Below, in pieces: positions 17,701 through 27,482 of a stretch of DNA of 62,833 nt. Position 1 is the stretch's first letter, and every line of letters starts with the position of its first letter. The stretch is from a virus (Duplodnaviria; Caudoviricetes): IMG/VR virus record IMGVR_UViG_3300023184_000120, positions 1-62,833 of that record, one strand, 5' to 3'. The position numbers were made by a program, and so were the translations under genes. A model generated the notes under the pieces. That model was given only the letters and a program-made list of their open reading frames with translations. It searched no databases and was not told where the DNA came from.

Positions 17701-20700
17701 TTAACAATCTTGTCGTCAGCGTCAAATTGAATATTTTTTAATTCATGTTTTTTATCAAGCTCTTGTATAAGCCCGTAAAACTGCATAGAGTTTCCGTCAG
17801 CAACAGCACGCTCACGCGCTTTAGGGGTCATTTCAGGCGCGTAAATAGTGTCAGGTAAAGACAAGTCAATTGCAGTAAAGTCGGCGTTAACTTCAATGCT
17901 AGTAACAACCGTTGCGTTTTTAATTGTGGCATTTAACCTAACTAGGCTAGTTTCTTCGTAGTTGTCGGTAACCTCAACACTGTTAATTACCGCGTTGTCT
18001 GCCAGCACCAACACTGGTTTAGTTCTGTCTTCTCCACCAAACCTAACCACGGCAACATTTCTAACTTTTGGCAAATGAACAACCGCATTGCCAGAAATAT
18101 TGGCCACATTCAATGTTTCTAAATTTGGTAAGTACACAGCATTGTTTATAAAATGAATACTGTCGGCGGTGCGCACACTGTCGGCAGGAACTTCAAAGTA
18201 CGTATCTTGTATGTAATAATGAAACGTACTACCACTTACAAAACCGCGAGTGCCGAGGAAATGGCCTTCTTTTATGGCTGCTTCTGTTGATTCATTTAAT
18301 TTTTTACCAACGGCGGCAATTACGGCATCGGTTGGTTCTGGGCGCTCTACAAAATTTTCGCCGTCAATAGCCGAAAAATCTAACAATCGCTTTATGGCAT
18401 ATGGATTAGCATCGCCGGTTGAGCTGTCTACGTAAGAACCCAGCTTCATCAAGAACGGCACATCAAAATCTTTTTCGCCTTTTAAAATGCTTGTCAACGC
18501 TTGCTTGCGCTCCAGCGTATCAATGTATTGTTTTGAACCCGTAAACTTTTTACTAGACAAAAAGTCTTTGGCAATCAGTTCTTGTTCGTTTGTAAGACCT
18601 TGAGACTCGGTGTTGCCACGAACTTCACCAACAGAAGTTTTACCATCCATACGCACAGCAACTTCTGGTTTGCCATTCTTATAGTAGATGTAAAAATCAC
18701 CCTGTTCAATATGTCCTTTAGCCGTTTGTACGTCACCACCAGTGCACCAAGATGTGTTTGCCGCCCCAGCGTTTAATTCTTCCGCTGCTTTTTGAATGTC
18801 TTTTGCGTTTGCGTAAATTTCGGTGTAGTAAGAATCTAAAAACTTTGCGGTCTCGTCAATTGTTGTCAGCTTTGGTTCGCCTTCAATTTCTAAACGAGCG
18901 TTCTCCATTTCAAGCACATCCGCTTGCTCGTTTGTAAGTTTTAAAACGCGAACTGCATTGGGCTTAACTTCTTCATCAAATAAATCCGCAAATGTACGTG
19001 GGCGGGCTTCCCCGGCGTTTACAGCATTTGCTATTTGCCGAAGTTGTTCGCCAAGATTAACAGGGCGTGCTGGTACACGAGCAGGGCGTGCTAATACACG
19101 AGCAGGGGCTCTTACAGGGCCTCTTCGTGCGCCTCTTTCAAAAATTTCTTTTTCCCAAATTGCTTGAAGTTCTGCCGAAAGTTCTGCGCGGTCAACGGGC
19201 TGTCCGTTTCTTTCAAACAAGTTGGGGTTGTCTGCGCGTTTCATTTCAAAACGCATACCGCTAAACGTCATGTCTTCTGGCGTCATCAAACGCACACGCA
19301 CTTCTGGTCGCTCAGGCAATAGGTGTTGGTCAAACTTTTGCCAGCCGTCTTTCTTAGCGTTGTTTTCTGCGTTGCGGTCAGCCATTTCCTGCATGCCTGC
19401 AAGGAACGCTTGCTTGAGTGGTAAACCTTCACGCAACTTACGAATGACTTCGCCCGCGTCTTTGCTACTAATAAACGCCAAATTGTGCGTATTGTCTTTA
19501 CCAATCTCGGCAAGTTTCAAACGTCCTGTTTTGTCTGACAGTACAGCGTACTTAGATGCGGCCTTAGCTACCAAAGCCTGTTCAACGTACGTGTATTCAG
19601 GCGTATTTAAAAGGTCGTAGACAAGTTCGCTCAAGTCTTTACGTCGCTTGTCTGTAATTTGTTCGGCTAACATATTCCCCAGATTACTGCCTTCTTTTAT
19701 GGCCAAGTTAATATATGTTTGTGCGTCAGCCTCTACGTAGTGCAATGGGTTGTCTTCATCAAACGGTTTGCCGTCCGACATAATAATTTTGGTGTTTTTT
19801 GACAGCTTGTCCTCATCAACACCGCTTATGTATTGCGAGGGGTACAGCCCCATGTTATCAAGCACGGCCTTACCAATCCGATCAGCGTCTTCCGCTGTGC
19901 GGTCTTTCTGTTTGATCTCTGGGCCAAACTGCTCGGCAAACTGCTTCATCGAGTTACTGCCCGTATGTAGCGCGGCAATGTCTTTCTGTGCCAGCTTACG
20001 GGATACCGTCCGCTCAACGCCTGCGGTGCGTACACTGGATGGGATCATCAACGCATCAACAGACTGAAGTGCTGCACCAAACATAGTCTCTGGACGCTCC
20101 ACACCCAACAAGCGCATGATGATGCTCTTGAAGCCAGCCCATGCGTCAGACAGACGCCACTTCTTACTTTGCAGTTGTTGCTGTAAGGTGCGGTTTGACA
20201 TGACTTCAGCGGCAAACTCAGACAGACTACCTTTGGCAGATGCGCTGGTAATCTTCGGATCGTTCTTAACCGCCGCATACAGTGCCTGCAACTCACGCTT
20301 GGCAACAAGTTGTTGCTTGGTCAGCTTGCTTTCGTCCATCTGCAACACACGTTCAACTGCGGCGTGTGTGCCTTCGTGCAACAGAATCTCTTGTGACAAA
20401 CCGCCGTTGCGGCTCAAACTAATACGGCGGCTAGTAGCGGAACCCAGCACGGCTTTGCCGTTCTCGTCTGTTACTTGGCTCTGAATCGACACACTGGTGT
20501 CGTCAAGCATATCTGCTAGGCGTTGTGCCACGGCACGGTTGACCTGCGATGTAGCAGGGTCGTTGGCCATGTCAATAAAGGCGGCGCGCAAATCGTTGTC
20601 CTCCAACGCACGTACTTGTGCCGCTGTCAGGTCTGGACTTGTTGACTCTACGCCTCGGGCGTACTCTTCGCCTTCTCGTGGGTTGTACACATCTTCCATA

Positions 20701-23700
20701 GCAGAAGTCTTGCGAGTATCTTCGCCATAAACTTCTTCTTCAGTTATCTTACGTGGGCGGCCACGAGGTTTAGGTTCAGGCGCTTCTACTTCTTCAGCCA
20801 CTATTGATGTGTCGTTGCGATACATCTTACGCATTTGCTCTACCAGCTCACGCTTGACCGACGCCAACTCTTTGGTAAAGCTCTTGATTTCGGCAGCAAG
20901 ATTGGTTATCTCTTGCTCAGAAGGAAGCGCAACTGTCTCTCTGTAATCTTTACGAGTTATTCTGTTTTTCTGTAACTTTAGTCTTTCTTGAATGGCTTTA
21001 AAACGCTCAAGTTCTTTTGTAGATTCGTCCAGCTTGGTTGTAAGTTCAGCTTCACGTCTTTCAAGGATGTACTGGAACTCAGCTTGGCGCTCAGCTTCAA
21101 TCGCTGCTTCTTGTGCAGTAGTAAGCTCTTTCTGGCCAGCCCGAATCTTTTCTGCATAAGCGTTGGCTTCTGCCACGGCTTGCTTGACTGTTGGAGACTT
21201 AATAGTGCGCTGCTCAACCAACGGCTGTCTAACGGAACCAACATTACGTTTGGATTCGTCTGTGCCTGTACGGAACTTGGCAGGAGCACTGGTAGTCTGA
21301 CGAGCGCCAGCCGACACGCGGCCTTGCAGAGCAACAGCCAGCCTAGCTTTATCTGCTGTGCCAGTATTGATCTCCGTGTTAACCGCGTCAATCTGACCGT
21401 TCAAGCGCTCAACTGTTTTGGTCTTACCTTCTTTAATGGCATCGTCGCGCTGAATTGTCAGGGCAGCTAATCGGTCTGTGGCTTTGCCCAACTCCTGTAC
21501 CTGATCGATGTACTGATCGAGTGTGTCCTGCTCTTCAATGCTTGCGGCACGAACTTCTGGCTCAGCACCAAGTGTTTTTCTAAGCGGCACATTACGCGCA
21601 CGCATAAAGTTAATAGCGTTTTCAAGTGTCTCTTTGCGCACAGACAGGCGGCTTTGCAAACGAATAGCCGCACCCATACCTTTAAACGCCTGTACGTTTT
21701 GTTCGCCCCCAACATACGAACCGGACTTCTTTCTAGCAGCAGTGACCTTAGTCGCGGCCTCAGTTAATTGTTTGTCAATGTTGCCAAGCTCAAGAACCAA
21801 CGATAACAGGGGCTTGTTGTACAGATCATTTTTGTATTTGACTTCACTGGCAGCATCGGCTGTTAGCCCACGTTCACGGGCATCTTGTTCGGCAGCGCTA
21901 AGCGCGCGGACTTGCACACTTTTTTCCGCTTTGTATAAATCGTAGGTAGGGTATGTGCGTAAAAATGCCGCGCCTGTATCCGGGTCTGCTGCACTTTTTT
22001 CGTAGGTGGCTTCTGATCGATCCCCAAAACCAGACATCGCCACGTTCCAACGGCGGGCACGTTCGTCAGATATTTGTTGCTCCAACTGCTGTACGGAACC
22101 CACTTTAGCGCCTTTTACAGCCTGCGCTTTGTCTGCGGCAGTCTGGCGTTCTTTAGTTTCGGCTTCGCCAACTTCAGCTTGTGCTGTGCGCACGGCTTCT
22201 TGCAAACGTTTGATCTCATCTTGAGCAGCAGCGTTGGATTTAGCTAGCGGATCAGTAGTAGCTTTGAGTTCAGCCAAACGCTGCTCACCCACCAGCACTT
22301 TGATCTGCGTACGTACTAAATCCAAAGCGCCTTTAGTCTGAACAAGTTCTGCTTTGGCTTCTTGGTACAGCGCCAACAAGTCGTCTAACTCTTTAAACAG
22401 TTTTATTTCTGGGGCGCCGCCTCGGGCACGCACACCAACGCGGTTAGATTCTTTAATCAAGTCGTCTTTAGCCTGTTCGTACGCCCTAATACGCCCATTT
22501 ATGTCGCTAGCGTCTAGCTTCAGATTGTTCATCTTCAGCACCATGTTCTCAGTGTTAGTCTGGAACGCGGTCAACTCTTGGTTTTCTTTCAAAAACTTAG
22601 TCCAGTTCTTGATCTTGCTCATGCGGACAGTGGTTGCCTTGCTGTCTTTCAGCATCTGCTTCAGGCGCGGCAACGCCCTGCTCAGGAACGCACGGACTGG
22701 GGCTAGGTTTTTATCAGACTGCTTCATGTCTTGCTTGAGCTTGCGAACATATGGGCTGTTGATAAAGCGCTGGAATGCCTCAACGTCTGGTCGTGCGCCA
22801 ATGTCTAAACTTGGGCCAGCTTCAATACCGCGGCGTTCAGCTTTCTGTACACGGCTACGCTCATCGGCTGCGCCAAACAAAGGCAGTTGACCAGCTTGCT
22901 CATCCCGAACAGTCTCAGATAAACGGACTAATGGCTCCAACTCAGCCTGTAAAGACAGCGGCACAGCTTCAACGCCTTTGCCGCGTATGGTGCCTGACAC
23001 CAGTTTGCGTTTGCCCGTAACAGGGTCTATACGGTAAACAGGCTCGTTAATATCTTGCCCACGTTTCTCAACCTTAGCTCTGCCGGGCACACCCTGTGTG
23101 CGCTTGTCTTCTTCTGGCTGGGCTACAAAGCCGGGCAACTTGCCGGGTTTGCCTGTACGCTCCAGACGCTCACGCTGAGCAAACATCTCAGTCTGAGATA
23201 CAGACGCGGCTTGTCCGGGGACAACCCCAGTAATACTATCAACATCTTTCTTAAATTCTTTTGTTGGCGTTGTGGTGCTGACCTGCGCTTGTGTTTGTTT
23301 TGTTGGCGGGAAGGTCTGAAGGTTTACGGGACGGCCAGCGCCTTTGCGCGGCACGCCCTCTGCTCCGCTCTCAATCTTCGTCAACTGCTGGTCAAGTAGT
23401 GTGAGGAAGCCCTGCGACTCCGAGACATTCTGGCGTGTGCCTTGATCTGTAACCTCAGACGTAGCTTGCTTGAGCGTCGTGTCTGCTTGGGGTATCACTT
23501 GCTCTGCACGGCGCAAGAACGCCTCGGCTTCTGGAGATAAGTCAAACACAGACAAAGCGCGGTTGATACGGCCTTTTAAATTCTCAGGCGTTATGGGGGC
23601 GCCAGACTTCTCAGAGCGTGGGTACAGACGGAACTCTTTTGCTGGCTCACGCGTAACAACGCGCTTAGCTTCTTCTGCAGGCACAACTTCTTCGGCTGTA

Positions 23701-25712
23701 GGCAACGTGCCTTTTTCTAAGGGTATACCCTGTAAGCGTTGTTGTAGCTGGCCAAATGCGGCAGACGACGTTGGCGGCGCTTCTTTGTTTCCAAATAACC
23801 CCAAGTTCTCAGTCATTGGAGAAGGCGCACGTTTTATACGCTGTAGTGCCTGCATCTCAGGCGTCATACGTTCACGCAGTGCGGCATCTTCTGCGGCACG
23901 GGCTTCAGCCGCACGGCTAGCTTCAATGGTAGCCTGTTCCTGTTCTTCCAACACACCAAGACGTTGCTGATTAGGTTGTGCTGTTTTAGCCGCTTTTTGC
24001 AGGCGCATTTCTTCTAACTGCAGATTCAACCCGCCATACACTATCTCTTCTGCTTTTTTCTGTGCGATTGCTTGTTTTTCTAAATCTTTACGTGGCGCTA
24101 CCAAAAGTGGTAATGGTGTACGTGTTTTTACTAACTGCCCCGCCATGTACGGATCAGCCATTAAGTAATCTATGTAGACACTTAAGTCTTGTTTCTTAGT
24201 GTCTTTTTCAGTGGCCATAGCCACACGCTCGGGCACTTGCTGTTTAGCCAAACCAATACGATCTTGTGCGTACTTTGCCGCGTCCGTTGGCGGTGTTGCA
24301 AAGGGGTCTTCAGCGCCCACTTCTGTAGGCGTAATCCTTTGTTTGCCTGAAATTTGTTTTTGTTGCGCAGCTTGTTCAAGCGCGTACTCTTCGGGCGACA
24401 TGCCAGATACGCGCTGCTCTTCTCTAGCCGCTAAAATTCTAGGCTTGAGCGTGTTCCACTCTTTAATCAACGCCTTGGTTTCGTCGGAATTGCGTAAGTC
24501 TTTTTTAGCTTTTTGGGCTTCTTTTTTAGCGGCTTCAGCGGCAATATCGCCTTCCGCTACGGTAACGCTACCTGCAACGTCCAGTTCTTTAATTTGTTTT
24601 TTAACGGCTTCCAAACGGCTATCTACGTCTAGCGCATACTGAGAGCTGTTCTTTTTAATTTCTTCAGCTTTGGCAAGTGCTTCAGCTTCTTGCGTGGCTT
24701 GCAGTCTAGCTGCGGCTTTTGTTTGCTTATCGCGTTCAGTGTCTTCTGCTTTAATCTGCGTACGGGCGGCAGACTTGTCAGCAAACCGGCCAGCACCGCC
24801 TAGCAAACCTAACTTGGACACTTCAAAAGCTGTATTGCCATAGTCGGCAAAAGCTTCTTCGTCGAACAAAGACTGCCCAGCTTGCGCACGCTGAAGAAAC
24901 TGTTGTGTTACTTCGGTTGGGATTTCAAACGCAACGCCTTTAGCTGTACCTTTACCCAAGGTTTTGAGGAAGCCTTCGTCTGCCAACTTAGCAGCGGCAA
25001 GCTTTTCGGCTTCGGCAGTAGCGCCTCTTGTCAGTAACTTTTCAATGTTGGGGCCAAAGATGGCTTTGGCAATGCTGCGACCCATAGGGATCAGCATGGT
25101 GGCTACGTCCAAACCAGCGGCGGGAATTGCAAACGCGGCGGCTTTAAAACGATTGACGTCTACAGGCTCACCTTTTTTGCGTTGCTCTTCGGCTTGGGCT
25201 TCTAAAAAATCACCGTATTGTTGGGCAAATGATGGGCCAAATGCGCCAGCCAAAGCACCGTAAGGACTCTTTGTGGCAATACCAGCGGCTCTAGCTGCGG
25301 CTGCGGACTCTGCAATTTGAGGCGCTTGTTGCGCTAAAGCGTTGGGAATTTGGCGAAGGTACTCGCCAATAGCTGATGGTAAACCTTTTTCTTCGTACGC
25401 TTTGGTAACTTCTGTCCAGCCGGGCTGTTCGCCGTAGCTTGCTTTGATGGCTTTCTGACGCTCAATACCAGCTTCAGCGGCTTCGTTTCCACCTGTTAAA
25501 GACGCTAGACCTGTGCGCTGTGACGAGAAAAGCTGTTCTGCACCCTGCCCAACACTTTCAAAAAAACCGGGACGTTTCTTTGGGGCTTCGGTTGACTCTC
25601 CACCAAATGCTTCGGGGTATTTTTGGTAGGCGGCCTGCATGGCCGTTACATAAGTTTCGCCCTCCTTCACGGGGAAAAACGATCCGTCAGGTAATTTGAT
25701 GTAATTAGCCAT
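14706..25712 (-). CDS. Giant (3668 aa) polyvalent, probably virion-ejected protein with zincin metallopeptidase, WCT/PcfJ-like and LPD38-like C-terminal domains
   Basis: LLHEGTHAAV...LSEFAAE; NTSWCTG...GDFYIY...EVAVRM..GEVRG; IPFFNAQIQG...KLPIPYEAG; long coiled coils; last gene of the virion operon. Confidence 0.75.
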   Translation of the reverse strand: MANYIKLPDGSFFPVKEGETYVTAMQAAYQKYPEAFGGESTEAPKKRPGFFESVGQGAEQLFSSQRTGLASLTGGNEAAEAGIERQKAIKASYGEQPGWTEVTKAYEEKGLPSAIGEYLRQIPNALAQQAPQIAESAAAARAAGIATKSPYGALAGAFGPSFAQQYGDFLEAQAEEQRKKGEPVDVNRFKAAAFAIPAAGLDVATMLIPMGRSIAKAIFGPNIEKLLTRGATAEAEKLAAAKLADEGFLKTLGKGTAKGVAFEIPTEVTQQFLQRAQAGQSLFDEEAFADYGNTAFEVSKLGLLGGAGRFADKSAARTQIKAEDTERDKQTKAAARLQATQEAEALAKAEEIKKNSSQYALDVDSRLEAVKKQIKELDVAGSVTVAEGDIAAEAAKKEAQKAKKDLRNSDETKALIKEWNTLKPRILAAREEQRVSGMSPEEYALEQAAQQKQISGKQRITPTEVGAEDPFATPPTDAAKYAQDRIGLAKQQVPERVAMATEKDTKKQDLSVYIDYLMADPYMAGQLVKTRTPLPLLVAPRKDLEKQAIAQKKAEEIVYGGLNLQLEEMRLQKAAKTAQPNQQRLGVLEEQEQATIEASRAAEARAAEDAALRERMTPEMQALQRIKRAPSPMTENLGLFGNKEAPPTSSAAFGQLQQRLQGIPLEKGTLPTAEEVVPAEEAKRVVTREPAKEFRLYPRSEKSGAPITPENLKGRINRALSVFDLSPEAEAFLRRAEQVIPQADTTLKQATSEVTDQGTRQNVSESQGFLTLLDQQLTKIESGAEGVPRKGAGRPVNLQTFPPTKQTQAQVSTTTPTKEFKKDVDSITGVVPGQAASVSQTEMFAQRERLERTGKPGKLPGFVAQPEEDKRTQGVPGRAKVEKRGQDINEPVYRIDPVTGKRKLVSGTIRGKGVEAVPLSLQAELEPLVRLSETVRDEQAGQLPLFGAADERSRVQKAERRGIEAGPSLDIGARPDVEAFQRFINSPYVRKLKQDMKQSDKNLAPVRAFLSRALPRLKQMLKDSKATTVRMSKIKNWTKFLKENQELTAFQTNTENMVLKMNNLKLDASDINGRIRAYEQAKDDLIKESNRVGVRARGGAPEIKLFKELDDLLALYQEAKAELVQTKGALDLVRTQIKVLVGEQRLAELKATTDPLAKSNAAAQDEIKRLQEAVRTAQAEVGEAETKERQTAADKAQAVKGAKVGSVQQLEQQISDERARRWNVAMSGFGDRSEATYEKSAADPDTGAAFLRTYPTYDLYKAEKSVQVRALSAAEQDARERGLTADAASEVKYKNDLYNKPLLSLVLELGNIDKQLTEAATKVTAARKKSGSYVGGEQNVQAFKGMGAAIRLQSRLSVRKETLENAINFMRARNVPLRKTLGAEPEVRAASIEEQDTLDQYIDQVQELGKATDRLAALTIQRDDAIKEGKTKTVERLNGQIDAVNTEINTGTADKARLAVALQGRVSAGARQTTSAPAKFRTGTDESKRNVGSVRQPLVEQRTIKSPTVKQAVAEANAYAEKIRAGQKELTTAQEAAIEAERQAEFQYILERREAELTTKLDESTKELERFKAIQERLKLQKNRITRKDYRETVALPSEQEITNLAAEIKSFTKELASVKRELVEQMRKMYRNDTSIVAEEVEAPEPKPRGRPRKITEEEVYGEDTRKTSAMEDVYNPREGEEYARGVESTSPDLTAAQVRALEDNDLRAAFIDMANDPATSQVNRAVAQRLADMLDDTSVSIQSQVTDENGKAVLGSATSRRISLSRNGGLSQEILLHEGTHAAVERVLQMDESKLTKQQLVAKRELQALYAAVKNDPKITSASAKGSLSEFAAEVMSNRTLQQQLQSKKWRLSDAWAGFKSIIMRLLGVERPETMFGAALQSVDALMIPSSVRTAGVERTVSRKLAQKDIAALHTGSNSMKQFAEQFGPEIKQKDRTAEDADRIGKAVLDNMGLYPSQYISGVDEDKLSKNTKIIMSDGKPFDEDNPLHYVEADAQTYINLAIKEGSNLGNMLAEQITDKRRKDLSELVYDLLNTPEYTYVEQALVAKAASKYAVLSDKTGRLKLAEIGKDNTHNLAFISSKDAGEVIRKLREGLPLKQAFLAGMQEMADRNAENNAKKDGWQKFDQHLLPERPEVRVRLMTPEDMTFSGMRFEMKRADNPNLFERNGQPVDRAELSAELQAIWEKEIFERGARRGPVRAPARVLARPARVPARPVNLGEQLRQIANAVNAGEARPRTFADLFDEEVKPNAVRVLKLTNEQADVLEMENARLEIEGEPKLTTIDETAKFLDSYYTEIYANAKDIQKAAEELNAGAANTSWCTGGDVQTAKGHIEQGDFYIYYKNGKPEVAVRMDGKTSVGEVRGNTESQGLTNEQELIAKDFLSSKKFTGSKQYIDTLERKQALTSILKGEKDFDVPFLMKLGSYVDSSTGDANPYAIKRLLDFSAIDGENFVERPEPTDAVIAAVGKKLNESTEAAIKEGHFLGTRGFVSGSTFHYYIQDTYFEVPADSVRTADSIHFINNAVYLPNLETLNVANISGNAVVHLPKVRNVAVVRFGGEDRTKPVLVLADNAVINSVEVTDNYEETSLVRLNATIKNATVVTSIEVNADFTAIDLSLPDTIYAPEMTPKARERAVADGNSMQFYGLIQELDKKHELKNIQFDADDKIVKTLRKATKEALGQQAVNYADGDTNQDETTMYEWLWSVREALELQHVSPKADIFKIAKKVNAAFDIETVAPEEKLIDSRSQLGTVDIPNRIADQPPVLEMIEPEETPRYARAAQYGEENALVDLAKDIMSKKKTWKEQLGTKPFLQAEMELVDMRAGLREALKAGAKEIGDDMLFTQAMSHIVMADQKMAMLNASLQKGPMELYTDEKGFKGVRSIDKDNALDVFKSVADIPMGDPEAKANIATTYMIAQRAMNKGVAKLDLGALGVTEEKLKAALAAANADSKLKNALEATRSAYNAYNEGQIKFLASTGAITKAEADRLLKEGDFIPFYRVNENGMAQLVFSDEVTVTIGDIRRQPYLKELVGGETRILPITETLQRNSLLIMDKALTNLATKNLAYAFQKIGEGKGPVGKDGKPTSAMPIHIGMGPASPDVIRFNQEPNPDKPDDKGERWLRVKTSDTVMGGIPAELIVKSLEGAHLTLPAFLKIGGIAGDILRSGVTRMPIYIARQLVRDPMAAAFTGGLDYNPLTAVVKAGKEFVASSRGQSPINEEMIKKGLIQSGIFTGDPDDVAKMALQLASGKDQSVLDKVFAATDRYAMRADAATRALVYENARRNGLSEVEADLAVRESMNFYKRGLSPTVQYASRLIPFFNAQIQGLNVLYKAARGQMPFEEQMQIQQKFFNNALLLVATGIVYAMAMDDDEYYKNAKPKDRYTNFFLHLPGVDEPLKLPIPYEAGWFFSLAVAASDAMKAEVDGVQQLEALRDMFLQSVPGYSSRGVPQIFKPAFEVYSNKRFFNDSAIESARMEKLSPQQRFSETTTEAAKMLSKVLPGFSPVQIEHLATGYFGQLPLIVMGAADGLFRKKTRGEPAEKRVSDLPFIGSSFQKKYGGADSDVMYRMASESMQAKATFDDMRKKGQGQEARDFLEDNRALVASAALARNYQNVMGKLRTDVDRINNMKNMTGAEKRARLDKIDAARQDVADKFEKAMKRIEASGKT
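19061..19107. repeat. 21-bp tandem duplication (about 2.2 copies) within the giant gene
   Basis: CAGGGCGTGCTGGTACACGAG / CAGGGCGTGCTAATACACGAG; encodes PARVLAR-PARVPAR. Confidence 0.8.
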
Positions 25713-25782
25713 TGCTAGTATTCGAATTTTTTTCGGCCACGCGAAACCGATTTAAATGCGCGTGTAACAATTATGCCGTGTT

Positions 25783-27480
25783 TTAACGTGAACGTACAGC
25801 GTTAGGGTTTACCGCATTGTCACTATACAGTTGTCCTTGACCGCCGCCAGCGGACGGCATACTTGCCATGTAAACTTCTGGTGTTGGGTACTTGGCTTTA
25901 AATTCTTCGCCTTTGGTTGTGTATTTACCGCCGATTGTAAGCGTTGTGTCACCAGCCATTTTTTCGTAAGCTGCTCGAGCGTTAAACATAAGTTTCTCTT
26001 GCTGAGTCAAATCGTAACCCTTGCGCAAAGCGCTTTCGGGAGAAGCTGAACCCAATTTTTCAAGGTAGCTAAGCTGACCCATAGTGTGCGCTTGTGCGCC
26101 AGCAACCGCAGATTGAATTCGGCCTTGGTTTTCTGTACTGGTTTTCCAAATCTCTCTAGCCGTCTGTGCATTGGTGTCTGCCACTTTTGTAAGCAAACCG
26201 ATACCCAATTCATCCATTTTGTTTTCGCTGTCAGCAATACGCTGCTTTAAAAGCAACAGTGTTTTGGTGTCGTCTTTGTCTTCTGCACGACGCGCTTGCT
26301 CAATATCGCCGCGCATTTTCATGTTTTCGCGTTCCATCTTTTTGATGTCTTTAAGCGCGTCGCCGTACTCTTTAACCGCAGGAATAGCTTCCTTCAGATT
26401 CTGCAAAGCATATTGTGAAGACCCGCCAGCGATGCCAAGGCCCGCCATAAAGATCGCCAGCCCAGCGGCTTTATCTTTTTCACCACCAGTAGCGGCGTCT
26501 TGTTTATCAAGCAGCTTCTCCAAACCTTCAAACGCTTTAGTCTGTGGTTTACTTTCTTCAAAAGTTCGAAGCAAGTCTTCGCCCTGTTTGGTCTGCCTGT
26601 CTCGAGCAGTAGCTAGTTCCATTTCAGCAGGGCTGTAATCTACAAACTTACCTGCTTGTTTTACCGCATCTTCTGCAGAAATAACTTTTGGAATAGAAAT
26701 AGAGCCTAGTCCTTGCTGTGCAGCAGGTGGGGGTGGTGGGGGCGGAGTGCCGCCCGCATCTATTGCTTTGCTCTGACCATAAGGAACAATTGGTGCAGGT
26801 TTAGGCGCAGTGGTAGTAGAGACGGGGGCTTCACCGCCACCAGCAACAGCTTCATAAGCTGCAATTGCTTCTTCTCTACTTGCAAATTTTTTGTTTGCCA
26901 AAGATCCAGCAATTGCTGGGTTGCCTCGTGAAGCCGAAGGAATATCTAACCACCATGACTGGCCACCATCGGTTGTGCGTACAAGTTGTTCACCTTTACC
27001 AGCAAACTTTTGAACAGCGCCCCCACCAGACATACGCATCACACCACCACCATCTTGGGCGTAATTGAACATGCCGCCCGTGTTGCCCATATTGTCTAGG
27101 CGTTGTGTTGTAACAGGTGCGTTGGTGCTTTCGTCAAAGCCTGCAATACCGCCATCAGCCAAGTGCCGCATGTTGGGTGCAGGGATACGCGCTATGCCTT
27201 GGTTTTCTGGTAACTGTGTTTGAGCCATTACAGGTGCAGGAGCCATCCCTGCAATGTCCTGATCTACAACCGTGGGTTGCTGTCCGGGATTTCCCTGTGC
27301 CGCCAAGCGCAAAGCTTTGCGGCGGTTTGACTCTGCGTTGGCCAGCGACACAATATATATGTCGTTTTTGTGCATGCGTGCGTAGTCCTGCAACGCGGAG
27401 TCAGGTTGAAGCTTAGCCAGCGTCTGAGTAATCAGATCGGCGTCAGGTGTGCCAATAGGAGTTTGTTGTGTAAAAGCCAT
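25783..27480 (-). CDS. Putative internal virion/ejection protein
   Basis: Low-complexity and coiled-coil segments, one hydrophobic Gly/Ala stretch; position between tail genes and giant gene. Confidence 0.55.
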   Translation of the reverse strand: MAFTQQTPIGTPDADLITQTLAKLQPDSALQDYARMHKNDIYIVSLANAESNRRKALRLAAQGNPGQQPTVVDQDIAGMAPAPVMAQTQLPENQGIARIPAPNMRHLADGGIAGFDESTNAPVTTQRLDNMGNTGGMFNYAQDGGGVMRMSGGGAVQKFAGKGEQLVRTTDGGQSWWLDIPSASRGNPAIAGSLANKKFASREEAIAAYEAVAGGGEAPVSTTTAPKPAPIVPYGQSKAIDAGGTPPPPPPPAAQQGLGSISIPKVISAEDAVKQAGKFVDYSPAEMELATARDRQTKQGEDLLRTFEESKPQTKAFEGLEKLLDKQDAATGGEKDKAAGLAIFMAGLGIAGGSSQYALQNLKEAIPAVKEYGDALKDIKKMERENMKMRGDIEQARRAEDKDDTKTLLLLKQRIADSENKMDELGIGLLTKVADTNAQTAREIWKTSTENQGRIQSAVAGAQAHTMGQLSYLEKLGSASPESALRKGYDLTQQEKLMFNARAAYEKMAGDTTLTIGGKYTTKGEEFKAKYPTPEVYMASMPSAGGGQGQLYSDNAVNPNAVRSR

Positions 27481-27482
27481 GT

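Noticed and set aside
14706-25712. Giant protein as an N4-like virion RNA polymerase, with the GGGGAG hairpins as its promoters
   Set aside because: The size is similar, but I could not find T7-type polymerase motifs. The recognisable motifs are zincin, WCT and LPD38-like, and several hairpins lie inside genes.
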